From: Gammaproteobacteria bacterium
GTDB lineage: Bacteria; Pseudomonadota; Gammaproteobacteria; UBA4575
Direction of reading: 5' to 3'
NCBI GenBank assembly: GCA_965262455.1
Contig: CBDHFH010000003.1
Span: forward strand, 242,737-306,736
Length of the DNA: 64,000 nt
Shown here: positions 9,839-18,049 of the stretch, piece after piece
Layout of the letters: every line of letters begins with the position of its first letter
Numbering within the stretch: the stretch's first letter is position 1
The notes under the pieces: generated by a model
Told to the model about the DNA's origin: nothing
The model's database searches: none
The model's input: only the letters and a program-made list of their open reading frames with translations
Translations under genes and position numbers: made by a program

Positions 9839-11014
9839 ATGAACCAGGAGGCGAACGTCATTCATTCTCCGGTCAGTTTATATATACACTTGCCCTGGTG
9901 TTTACATAAATGTGCTTACTGTGATTTCAATTCACATGCAACACCAGCCAATGCCTTTCCAGAGCATGCCTATGTGGCAGCGCTGACTAATGATCTACGC
10001 CAAGCGTGCAGAGCCATACAGCAGCGCCCAGTGCAATCAATATTTATTGGTGGTGGAACGCCTAGCTTATTCTCTCCGAAATCCATTGAACGCATTATAT
10101 CTGCATGTCATGAATTCACTGCTGTCGATTCTCAGTGTGAAATAACATTAGAGACAAATCCCGGGACATTTGAGTACCAAAAGTTCGCTGACTTTTTACA
10201 TTCGGGCGTCAACAGACTTTCTATCGGTGTGCAAAGTCTTAATGATCAACATCTGCATGTGCTGGAGAGAATTCATCATAGCGATGAAGCAGTCCAGGCA
10301 ATAGAAATGGCTGCTCATATTGGCTTTGAAAATATCAATGCCGACTTGATGTTTGGTTTGCCTGGTCAGTCAATTGCTGACGCTAAACAAGATATTCATC
10401 ACCTATGTAAATACCCTCTGACGCATATCTCTTATTATCAACTCACACTTGAACCGAATACAGTGTTTTATAGTCATCCACCGGTCTTGCCTAGTGATGA
10501 CGCTATCTGGACGATGCATAACAACGCTATTGAAGTATTACATCAACACGGCTTTGAACGTTATGAAGTGTCAGCCTTTGCACAATCGAATAAACAGTGT
10601 GTACACAATAGCAATTACTGGCAGTTTGGTGATTATCTAGGGATTGGTGCTGGCGCACACACAAAACTCACTACAGACAATGGAATCATCAGACATCAGC
10701 GTACCCGCCAACCGCAGAGTTATATCGACTCTGTGGGCGCAAACTCTCATGTACTACAACAATATGTGGTTGATAACGACTCGCTGATATTCGAGTTTAT
10801 GCTGAATAATTTACGACTTGTGCTTGGATTTAGCGCTGATTCATTCACCCTAGGGACGGGCTTGGCTTGGTCACAGGTCGAATCGAAGATTCAAACGTTT
10901 ATCGATGAGGGTCTGATGGAGCTATGTGGTGAATACTATCGCGCATCATCACTTGGCTACCAATTTTTAGATGAGTTGACACAACGCTTCCTGCCGAACA
11001 AAAAGAGTAATTAA
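9839..11014 (+). CDS. hemW: Radical SAM heme chaperone HemW
   Basis: LYIHLPWCLHKCAYCDF, GGGTPS, HNSNYW; follows rdgB. Confidence 0.93.
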   Translation: MNQEANVIHSPVSLYIHLPWCLHKCAYCDFNSHATPANAFPEHAYVAALTNDLRQACRAIQQRPVQSIFIGGGTPSLFSPKSIERIISACHEFTAVDSQCEITLETNPGTFEYQKFADFLHSGVNRLSIGVQSLNDQHLHVLERIHHSDEAVQAIEMAAHIGFENINADLMFGLPGQSIADAKQDIHHLCKYPLTHISYYQLTLEPNTVFYSHPPVLPSDDAIWTMHNNAIEVLHQHGFERYEVSAFAQSNKQCVHNSNYWQFGDYLGIGAGAHTKLTTDNGIIRHQRTRQPQSYIDSVGANSHVLQQYVVDNDSLIFEFMLNNLRLVLGFSADSFTLGTGLAWSQVESKIQTFIDEGLMELCGEYYRASSLGYQFLDELTQRFLPNKKSN

Positions 11015-11017
11015 TCG

Positions 11018-11215
11018 ATGTATTTAGAATCTATCAGAGCTTCATGCCCTTACTGTGCGGAGCGAATCGAGTTCTTGTTCGAACCTTTGGATAGCGAGCA
11101 GGAGTATATCGAGGACTGTCAGGTATGCTGCCAACCAATTTTGATCAAAATTTCACCAAGCTATTCTGGAGAAAGCTGTCAATTTAGTTGCTTTAGAGTG
11201 GATGAAACAGGCTAA
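11018..11215 (+). CDS. CPXCG-motif cysteine-rich small protein
   Basis: CPYCAE...QEYIEDCQVCCQPI. Confidence 0.8.
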   Translation: MYLESIRASCPYCAERIEFLFEPLDSEQEYIEDCQVCCQPILIKISPSYSGESCQFSCFRVDETG

Positions 11216-11425
11216 ATTTGTGCAATCTAAGGGAAATATCGCTTGCGTTATGCACAGTCAAATATGACGTACATATAATGTCTATACAAAAGTAAAAAAA
11301 CACCCGCGTTATTAAACTGACACTAAAATAATGCTATATAATTCAAAAAGTTACTTCCATGGACAATTTTTAGGCGATTTAACAAACATGCAATAAAACT
11401 CGAGAAATAGACACGCTTTGATTCT

Positions 11426-11460
11426 TCATCCACAGTTTTATCCACAGATTTTGTGGATAA
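11426..11460. promoter_or_regulatory. DnaA-box triad A (DARS-like core) upstream of rpmE
   Basis: TCATCCACA(11426)-gtt-TTATCCACA(11438)-gattt-TGTGGATAA(11452); additional box TTATGCACA at 11248; IHF-like ATTCAAAAAGTTA at 11341. Confidence 0.75.
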
Positions 11461-11606
11461 GTAACGAACCCTAAATTCAACAACTACTTAGCGCTTGTTC
11501 TCAATGATCACATTAAATGTTGAATCTATATTTAATCGCTTCAAGCCCTTGCCATAATCGGCACGAATGGATTATAGTTCCGCCTCAATTTTTAGGCCAA
11601 CACACA

Positions 11607-11813
11607 ATGAAACCCGAGATTCATCCAGAATATAAAACTGTAACCATCAATTGTAGTTGCGGGAACACTTTCGAGACCCAGTCAACATACAATGGCGACT
11701 CAATCAGCCTTGATGTGTGCGCTAAATGCCATCCGTTTTATACTGGAAAACAAAAAATTGTGGATACGGCTGGTCAGGTAGATAAATTCCGTCGCCGCTA
11801 CGGTAATAAATAA
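11607..11813 (+). CDS. rpmE: 50S ribosomal protein L31 (Zn-binding type)
   Basis: [39 protein letters not shown]; start at ATG 11607; candidate sigma70 promoter TTGCCA-N18-TATAGT at 11549-11578. Confidence 0.97.
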   Translation: MKPEIHPEYKTVTINCSCGNTFETQSTYNGDSISLDVCAKCHPFYTGKQKIVDTAGQVDKFRRRYGNK

Positions 11814-11863
11814 CACCCTCTTTCTGCGTCTTTAAGCAAATCCAGTCTTAACGTCTTCCTTCA

Positions 11864-11891
11864 GGAACTGATGAGGGATACACGCGTCCAA
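11864..11891 (+). promoter_or_regulatory. Putative sigmaE promoter of the M48 peptidase gene
   Basis: GGAACT-N17-TCCAA. Confidence 0.7.
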
Positions 11892-11986
11892 TGACTATTT
11901 ATTAATGTAAAAGTCTCCTAGAATGAGTTGCCGACATCACATATATCGGCAAAATATATGCCTAAGATGACTAAACTCAATCCCCT

Positions 11987-13435
11987 ATGAATAGAATTTA
12001 TTTAGTTCTTATTATCACTATCGCAGCTTACCTCACTGGCTGCGCTGCAAATCCTGTGACTGGCAAGCAGGACCTTGTTTTCATGTCAGAGAAGCAGGAG
12101 ATTGAATTAGGTCGGCGTTACCACCAGGAAATTCTAAAACAATATAAAGTCTATGAAGACGAACGACTGCAGCAATATGTGAGTGACATTGTTGAGGATT
12201 TGTCTGCGCAGAGCCATCGCAGTGATCTTATATTTCATGCCACCGTGCTCGATAGCCCACAAGTCAATGCATTTGCGTTGCCAGGTGGCTATGTTTATGT
12301 CACACGAGGCATCATGGCTTACATGAATACCGAGGCCGAACTCGCCGGTGTACTTGGCCATGAGATAGGGCACGTCACGGCCCGGCATGGTGTCAGACAA
12401 CAAAGCGCGTCAACTATCGCACAGATCTTCTCAACCGCCGCGGTGATTGCAACTGGTTCAAGGGCCATCGCAGACGCAAGTAATATTGCCGGCACCGCAC
12501 TGATCCGTGGTTATGGACGTGAACATGAACTGGAGGCGGATCGTTTAGGCGCTGAATATATTGCCAAAGTCGGTTATGACCCAGAAGAAATGATTAACGT
12601 GGTCGGCATTCTTAAATCACAGGAAGAATTTGATAAACAGCTGGCCGAAGAAGAAGGTCGCGAGCCACGAGCTTACCATGGACTTTTCTCTACCCACCCT
12701 GCGAATGATCGGCGCCTGCAAGAAGTGATTCGAGCAGCCGATAAGTTTCGCTCTAAAAACAATCGCCCGGATGACGGCACGTTCTTGAAGCTAACTGATG
12801 GTATGACACTCGGTCAAAGTGAGAGAGAAGGCGTGATTCGTGGCAACAAGTTTTACCACAAAGATTTAGACATCACCATGACCTTCCCTGAAGGGTGGCG
12901 CATAGACAACTTGCCTGATCGATTGATCGTATCGAATAAAAGCAAAGATGCGGTCATGCAAGTCACTCTGCGTGACTTGAATAAACGCCAAACACCTAAA
13001 GAATTTATTGAAAGCGAATTTGGTAAAGATCTACGCAGTGATAAAGCGGTCAAGACAGAATCATTTAGTGGCTATACCGCTATAACTAAAACCAAAACAC
13101 CGTTTGGTAAGCAAGACACTCGTATCACCGCATTATTCAAAGGCAAACAAGTTTTTCAAATTCTAGCGGCCGCCAAAGACCCGAGTTTACTCGAAAAACA
13201 TGATAAAGATTTTTTAGCAACTGCAAATAGTTTACGCAAACTACGCAACAATGAAAAAGCACTGGCCAAAGCAAGAAAAATCAAATTGATTACTGCAAAG
13301 AAAGGGGACACATTTGCCAAGTTAGCGAAAAATTCTCCACTTTCCTCTCATGCTGAAGAGCAATTACGCTTGCTTAATGGCATGTATCCCGATGGCGAAC
13401 CATCACCGGGGAAACCAATTAAAATAGTCGAATAG
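11987..13435 (+). CDS. M48 family Zn metalloprotease lipoprotein with C-terminal LysM-like domain
   Basis: Lipobox LTGC; NAFALPGG, HEIGH, ELEAD, STHP; C-terminal KKGDTFAKLA..QLRLLNG. Confidence 0.88.
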   Translation: MNRIYLVLIITIAAYLTGCAANPVTGKQDLVFMSEKQEIELGRRYHQEILKQYKVYEDERLQQYVSDIVEDLSAQSHRSDLIFHATVLDSPQVNAFALPGGYVYVTRGIMAYMNTEAELAGVLGHEIGHVTARHGVRQQSASTIAQIFSTAAVIATGSRAIADASNIAGTALIRGYGREHELEADRLGAEYIAKVGYDPEEMINVVGILKSQEEFDKQLAEEEGREPRAYHGLFSTHPANDRRLQEVIRAADKFRSKNNRPDDGTFLKLTDGMTLGQSEREGVIRGNKFYHKDLDITMTFPEGWRIDNLPDRLIVSNKSKDAVMQVTLRDLNKRQTPKEFIESEFGKDLRSDKAVKTESFSGYTAITKTKTPFGKQDTRITALFKGKQVFQILAAAKDPSLLEKHDKDFLATANSLRKLRNNEKALAKARKIKLITAKKGDTFAKLAKNSPLSSHAEEQLRLLNGMYPDGEPSPGKPIKIVE

Positions 13436-13526
13436 TCAAAGTTAAGTAATAAATCCAAGCGTAAATGTGCTAGTGTTGAGCAATCAAACACCCTGCCGAT
13501 TGTATTTATTTATCTTTATCTAACTC

Positions 13527-14420
13527 ATGGCAAAGCCTACTGCGTATTTAATTGACTCCAGCATTTATGTTTTTCGGGCATGGTACACACTGCCTGATCA
13601 TTTAACGAATAAAAACGGCGAGCCAATGAACGCCGTGTATGGTTTTATAGACTTTGTGGCAAGTTTTTTAGAGGAAACCAACGCCACACATGCCTCTTTT
13701 GCTTTTGACCAAAGTTTAACTAGTTCATTTCGAAATACTATTTATCCACCTTACAAGGCAAATAGAGATCCTGCTCCCGATGAATTAAAACGACAATTTG
13801 ACTATTGTCGCCGCTTTATTGAAGCGGCAGGCTTTCCTCTATTAAGTAGCGATAGATATGAAGCAGATGATTTAATTGGTACTGCAGCATCGCATGCGCG
13901 CTCACAAGGTCACAAGGTGACGATATTAAGTGCAGATAAAGATTTAGCTCAATTAATTGACGAACACGACACCTTATGGGACTACGCAAGAAATCGAAAA
14001 TTTAACCCCAAAAAAGTGAAAGAGCATTTTGGCGTGCGCCCGGATCAAATTGCTGATCAGCTCGCGATTGCTGGAGATAAGGTAGATAATATCCCGGGCG
14101 TTCCAGGCGTTGGTATGACCACCGCGGCACGCTTGCTTACAAAATTCGAAACTATCGAAGGTCTGCTGGAAAACATCTCAGCCATCAGTGACATGGGTAT
14201 TCGTGGTGCCAAACGCATTCAAGGGCTTATTGAAGAACATCAGGATACGATTTTATTATGCAAAAAGCTCACGGAAATCAAATGTGATGCCGAAACAATT
14301 AGCGATGACTTTGAGCTACAGCGCAGTCAATGTGATTACGCGGAGCTAGATGAATTATTCACTGACATTGGATTTGGCAATCTGCGCCGTGAAAAGTGGA
14401 AGAAATTATTACACAGCTAA
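13527..14420 (+). CDS. Stand-alone 5'-3' exonuclease / flap endonuclease (H3TH)
   Basis: LIDSSIYVFRAW, YPPYKANR, EADDLIG, SADKDLAQL, GDKVDNIPGVPGVG; paralogous to the PolA N-terminal domain. Confidence 0.9.
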   Translation: MAKPTAYLIDSSIYVFRAWYTLPDHLTNKNGEPMNAVYGFIDFVASFLEETNATHASFAFDQSLTSSFRNTIYPPYKANRDPAPDELKRQFDYCRRFIEAAGFPLLSSDRYEADDLIGTAASHARSQGHKVTILSADKDLAQLIDEHDTLWDYARNRKFNPKKVKEHFGVRPDQIADQLAIAGDKVDNIPGVPGVGMTTAARLLTKFETIEGLLENISAISDMGIRGAKRIQGLIEEHQDTILLCKKLTEIKCDAETISDDFELQRSQCDYAELDELFTDIGFGNLRREKWKKLLHS

Positions 14421-14431
14421 CCTTCACACGG

Positions 14432-15538
14432 TTATTGATTTGCCCCGATTTGTTTAGCTAACTGCTGTTGCATTTTCTTCTCTGCCGCAAGGTCAGCATT
14501 ATTCTTATAATCCACCAATGGCCAGCCTTGTAAATGTTGCGTGATGAGTTGGTAAATCGCATCAATATGTAAATCTGTGTCATTCAATGCTGGAATATAA
14601 TTAAATGATTCCCCACCAGCCTGCATAAATATTTCACGATTCAACATATCAATTTCCTCTAACGTTTCTACACAGTCTGCCGAGAAGCCTGGGCAAAACA
14701 CATCCACTGATTTGATATTTTCATTAGGCAAAACTTCGAGCGTTTTATCAGTATAAGGTTGCAGCCACTCCTCACGCCCAAAGCGTGATTGAAACGTCAC
14801 TCGCCATTGCGAGTCATTCAAACCAAGCTCCTCAGCTATTAAACGTGCAGTTTTATGGCATTGGCAATGATAAGGGTCTCCAGCAAGCAAATAACGCTTG
14901 GGTAAGCCATGAAAAGAAAATATCAATAGTTGACTTTGGTTTTGTGTCAACCAATATTGTTTGATTCTATCGACGCATGACTTGATGTAGTTTTTATCGT
15001 CAGCATAGTTATTAATAAACCTCAGCTCTGGCATCCAGCGTAATTTATTAAATACACTTGCCACAGCATCGAATGTTGACCCTGTCGTTGAACCGGAGTA
15101 TTGCGGGTATAACGGCATCACCAGTAATCGCGTGACATTTTTATTCTGCATTTCAAGCAAAGCAGACTCAATAGACGGATTGCCGTAACGCATAGCAAAA
15201 TCTATTTCGATAAAGTCTAGTTTGTTTTGACTAAGCTTATCTCTTAAGCCTTGTAGTTGGGATTTGGTGTGCACCATAAGTGGTGAACCCTGGTCTGACC
15301 ATATTTTTGCATATGTGGCCGCACTGCTTTTGGGACGTATTCGCAATATGATTAGATTAAGTACCAACCACCATAAAGGCCGAGGAAATTCAACAACGCG
15401 CGGGTCCCATAAAAATTCAGCCAAGTATTTTCTTAACGCCGCAGGTGTGGCTTCATCAGGGGTGCCGAGGTTGGTAATTAATACCCCGATGTTTTCATTT
15501 GTCGAGTGGTTATAGTCACTTTTCCCTAAGTACTTCAT
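14432..15538 (-). CDS. hemH: Ferrochelatase
   Basis: NLGTP, MRYGNPSI, PLYPQYS, SFHGLP, FQSRFG..WLQPYT, DCVETLEEI; start moved to ATG 15538. Confidence 0.96.
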   Translation of the reverse strand: MKYLGKSDYNHSTNENIGVLITNLGTPDEATPAALRKYLAEFLWDPRVVEFPRPLWWLVLNLIILRIRPKSSAATYAKIWSDQGSPLMVHTKSQLQGLRDKLSQNKLDFIEIDFAMRYGNPSIESALLEMQNKNVTRLLVMPLYPQYSGSTTGSTFDAVASVFNKLRWMPELRFINNYADDKNYIKSCVDRIKQYWLTQNQSQLLIFSFHGLPKRYLLAGDPYHCQCHKTARLIAEELGLNDSQWRVTFQSRFGREEWLQPYTDKTLEVLPNENIKSVDVFCPGFSADCVETLEEIDMLNREIFMQAGGESFNYIPALNDTDLHIDAIYQLITQHLQGWPLVDYKNNADLAAEKKMQQQLAKQIGANQ

Positions 15539-15620
15539 AAGTTTGGCCAGTGCATGTCCGCAAAAGACGACAGCATACAACGACTCTGGTAGAGACTAAA
15601 AGTTTATTGCCAGAAACTTG

Positions 15621-16211
15621 CTAGGAAAACTGTCTCAGCCTTTTATGTAGAGGGCTTGTACGGGGAAAGTGTGCAAGTAGAAATTTCATCTGATCGGCCA
15701 TCACTCTGCGCCCTTGCAAGTAAATATACTCCGCATGGGTTGGCACAAAAGGCACTGCGATTAACTGCATTTTGGCTTGCTCAGGTGTGTAATTTGCTTT
15801 TTGATTGTTGCAACGCTTGCAGGCTGTGACGACATTTTTCCAGGTGTCTTCACCTCCTTGACTAATTGGAGTGACATGGTCGCGTGATAAATCTCTGCGT
15901 GAGAAACGTTCGCCACAATACATGCACAAGTGGGCGTCGCGCTTGAAGAGTGTTTGATTATTTAGCGGGGGAATGTAGCTTTCATGTAAGGATTTGTTGC
16001 TTCCATATGTAGCAATTATCGAATTCACTTCGATAAAGCTGTGCAGACCTGTTTTCGCATTCACGCCGCCGTGCACAATATATAGTGATTCACCACAAGC
16101 ATACGCTACTTGTTCAGAGTAATACAATTTCGTGGCAGCTTGGTAATCAATCCATTCCAGAGGCATGCCCGATACATCTGTCCGTAATACCTGTTGCCCT
16201 AATGCATGCAA
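15621..16211 (-). CDS. HNH endonuclease family protein
   Basis: LFKRDAHLCMYCG...RDHVTPISQGG.DTWKNVVTACKRCNNQK. Confidence 0.9.
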   Translation of the reverse strand: MHALGQQVLRTDVSGMPLEWIDYQAATKLYYSEQVAYACGESLYIVHGGVNAKTGLHSFIEVNSIIATYGSNKSLHESYIPPLNNQTLFKRDAHLCMYCGERFSRRDLSRDHVTPISQGGEDTWKNVVTACKRCNNQKANYTPEQAKMQLIAVPFVPTHAEYIYLQGRRVMADQMKFLLAHFPRTSPLHKRLRQFS

Positions 16212-16324
16212 GTTCCTTACTCCAGACTTGTAAGACGAGTGCTACTCTAATGATAGTCAACACATCTGGCAAGCACTAAAGCGGGATACACAATATGAAA
16301 GTTTTGTTAAACATAATGGTTCAA

Positions 16325-16750
16325 TTAGCGATTTTGCTTTTCCCATTTATGTTTTAATGCTTTTTGCTCCTCTGGGGGTAAGTCTTTGTACCATTGATAC
16401 TTACGCTTAATTTTTTCACGCTCTTCGGGTGGTAGGGATTTAAATTTTTCCCTGCGTTGTTGTACAGCACGCTTTTCTTCTGGTGTCATCTGACTCCATC
16501 GTTGCAAGCGATGTTGAATTTTATTCTTTCGTTCTTGAGGAAGAGAATCCCACTCACGTGTAAGGTGATTAAGCCGCTGTTGACGTTGCGCGGGTAATGT
16601 TGACCAATCATTTTTGATCGGTTCAAGTATGCGTTGCTGATTAGCATTCAACTGTTGCCACTCTATAGCCTCTTGAGAGGATACGGGCGAAATTGTTAGC
16701 AGCATAACTAAACACAGATTAAACAATAAAGTAGTTATGTGCATGCACAT
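16325..16750 (-). CDS. DUF3106-like exported protein with W-x-x-L-P repeats
   Basis: Signal peptide; repeats WQQL, WSTLP, WDSLP, WSQMTPEE, FKSLPPEE, YKDLPPEE; third gene of the ECF operon. Confidence 0.8.
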   Translation of the reverse strand: MCMHITTLLFNLCLVMLLTISPVSSQEAIEWQQLNANQQRILEPIKNDWSTLPAQRQQRLNHLTREWDSLPQERKNKIQHRLQRWSQMTPEEKRAVQQRREKFKSLPPEEREKIKRKYQWYKDLPPEEQKALKHKWEKQNR

Positions 16751-16759
16751 TGCAAACGT

Positions 16760-17116
16760 TTAGCCTTGTGACTCTTGTTGAGACAACCATAGGTAGAAGT
16801 CATACTGTTCATACAAGTCAATATTGGCATCGGCTTCAAATAACACTGCATCGAGCTGCATGTCGTTTACTTCATCAAACTGTAATTGAGGCTGACCAAC
16901 TATTAAAAATCCCGCTAACGCAACAATAGATGCAAACGTTGCAACCCCACCAAACATCGGCCATTTACTCCATATGCGCGTGCTAGCCTGATCATCGAGT
17001 ACTTGTGCACGAGTGATTTGTAATTGATAACGCGTATCTGCATCAAGCTCCTCGACAGAGCGATCAAGTACACTCTTAATTTGTTGATTTAATTTTTCTT
17101 GATTGATATTACTCAT
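16760..17116 (-). CDS. Putative single-TM anti-sigma factor (DUF3619-like)
   Basis: LDRSVEELDADTRYQLQITR, one TM helix, C-terminal DFYLWL; ATG at 17116 overlaps the sigma stop (ATGA). Confidence 0.75.
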   Translation of the reverse strand: MSNINQEKLNQQIKSVLDRSVEELDADTRYQLQITRAQVLDDQASTRIWSKWPMFGGVATFASIVALAGFLIVGQPQLQFDEVNDMQLDAVLFEADANIDLYEQYDFYLWLSQQESQG

Positions 17117-17685
17117 ATGTCTTCTGCTAATAATGATTTCAGTGTACTCATAGCACGTGATAAATGTGTTTTTACACTGCCCTGAGAGCATTTCATAATG
17201 TGTGCTGTTTCTTCAACATCAAATCCTTCCCAAATTCTCAATAATACTGTTTGCCGTTGTCGAAAGGATAACTTGTTAAGCGCTGACTGCAATTTACCCA
17301 TCGAAAAATCCAGCTGTGTTTGCTCCAGAGGCGAGGGTTGACTTGATTCAACTTGCAGCTCCTCATGAGATATGTCTTCTTCATTCGATTTTGACCAATG
17401 CAGCTTACTTCGCACACCCGACCATCGATGCCAGTCCTTGATGCGATTTTGTAAAATTCTATAAAACAAAGGTCGCCATTCCTGACTGGAATGATGAATA
17501 TAACGCTTCATTAGTGATTCCATTGCGTCCTGAACAAGATCCAGTGCATCACTGGCATTACGTGTTTCAATCATCGCCATACGGTATGCACGTTGCTCAA
17601 TCTGACTGTAGAAATTCGCTAGTTCCTGGCGCTGATCTTGTGTAACCTTCAGGACGATTTCCTCATTACATGGTTCATAATACAT
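17113..17685 (-). CDS. ECF RNA polymerase sigma factor
   Basis: DALDLVQDAM, FYRILQNRI.D, LS.RQRQTVLLR.WEG.DVEETA..M.CSQGSVKTHLSRA. Confidence 0.92.
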   Translation of the reverse strand: MYYEPCNEEIVLKVTQDQRQELANFYSQIEQRAYRMAMIETRNASDALDLVQDAMESLMKRYIHHSSQEWRPLFYRILQNRIKDWHRWSGVRSKLHWSKSNEEDISHEELQVESSQPSPLEQTQLDFSMGKLQSALNKLSFRQRQTVLLRIWEGFDVEETAHIMKCSQGSVKTHLSRAMSTLKSLLAEDI

Positions 17686-17722
17686 ACAGGCTTAACCCAG
17701 TTTAATAGCCACTTAATTCTAA

Positions 17723-17751
17723 TAACGATTGATCTTTAAGTCAGGTTGACA
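17723..17751 (-). promoter_or_regulatory. Putative autoregulatory ECF promoter
   Basis: Minus strand TGTCAACC-N16-CGTTA (AAC-N17-CGT geometry typical of ECF promoters) directly upstream of the sigma gene. Confidence 0.6.
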
Positions 17752-17957
17752 AGCAACCAGAAGGCAAACCTATTGCGCTTACTTAAAGAGGTTTATTCAC
17801 AATCAACATTAAAGTTATGTGAATTCTAGCTGGTTTCTCGCGGCCTGATAGAATTTACTCTAAGTGTATGATTTTTATGCAAGAAAGTTTGTATGCCGGT
17901 TGATCAATCTAAAAATAATGCGCTAGAAATACCTCTTCTAGGGACTTATTCGTATTC

Positions 17958-17992
17958 TTTTCCACATATTTATCCACAGCTTTTGTGGATAG
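17958..17992. promoter_or_regulatory. DnaA-box triad B (DARS-like core) upstream of priA
   Basis: TTTTCCACA(17958)-tat-TTATCCACA(17970)-gcttt-TGTGGATAG(17984); additional boxes TTATTCACA 17793 and CGATCCACA 17999; IHF-like AATCATACACTTA (minus strand, 17861-17873). Confidence 0.75.
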
Positions 17993-18049
17993 AAATTTCG
18001 ATCCACAAGACGCTTTATCTAACAATCTTCATGAACTAATTCTTTTAGA

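Noticed and set aside
13527-14420. Second PolA-like 5' nuclease as a novel duplication
   Set aside because: Stand-alone FEN/Xni-type paralogues are common in bacteria
15621-16211. HNH gene as a restriction, defence or homing element
   Set aside because: No methyltransferase, intron, repeats or other defence genes adjacent; it sits among core genes
11216-18049. DnaA-box clusters as oriC
   Set aside because: No dnaA, dnaN, gidA or rpmH nearby; no clear 13-mer DUE repeats or GATC enrichment; the compact three-box geometry fits DARS-like sites better. Not fully excluded without genome-wide skew data.
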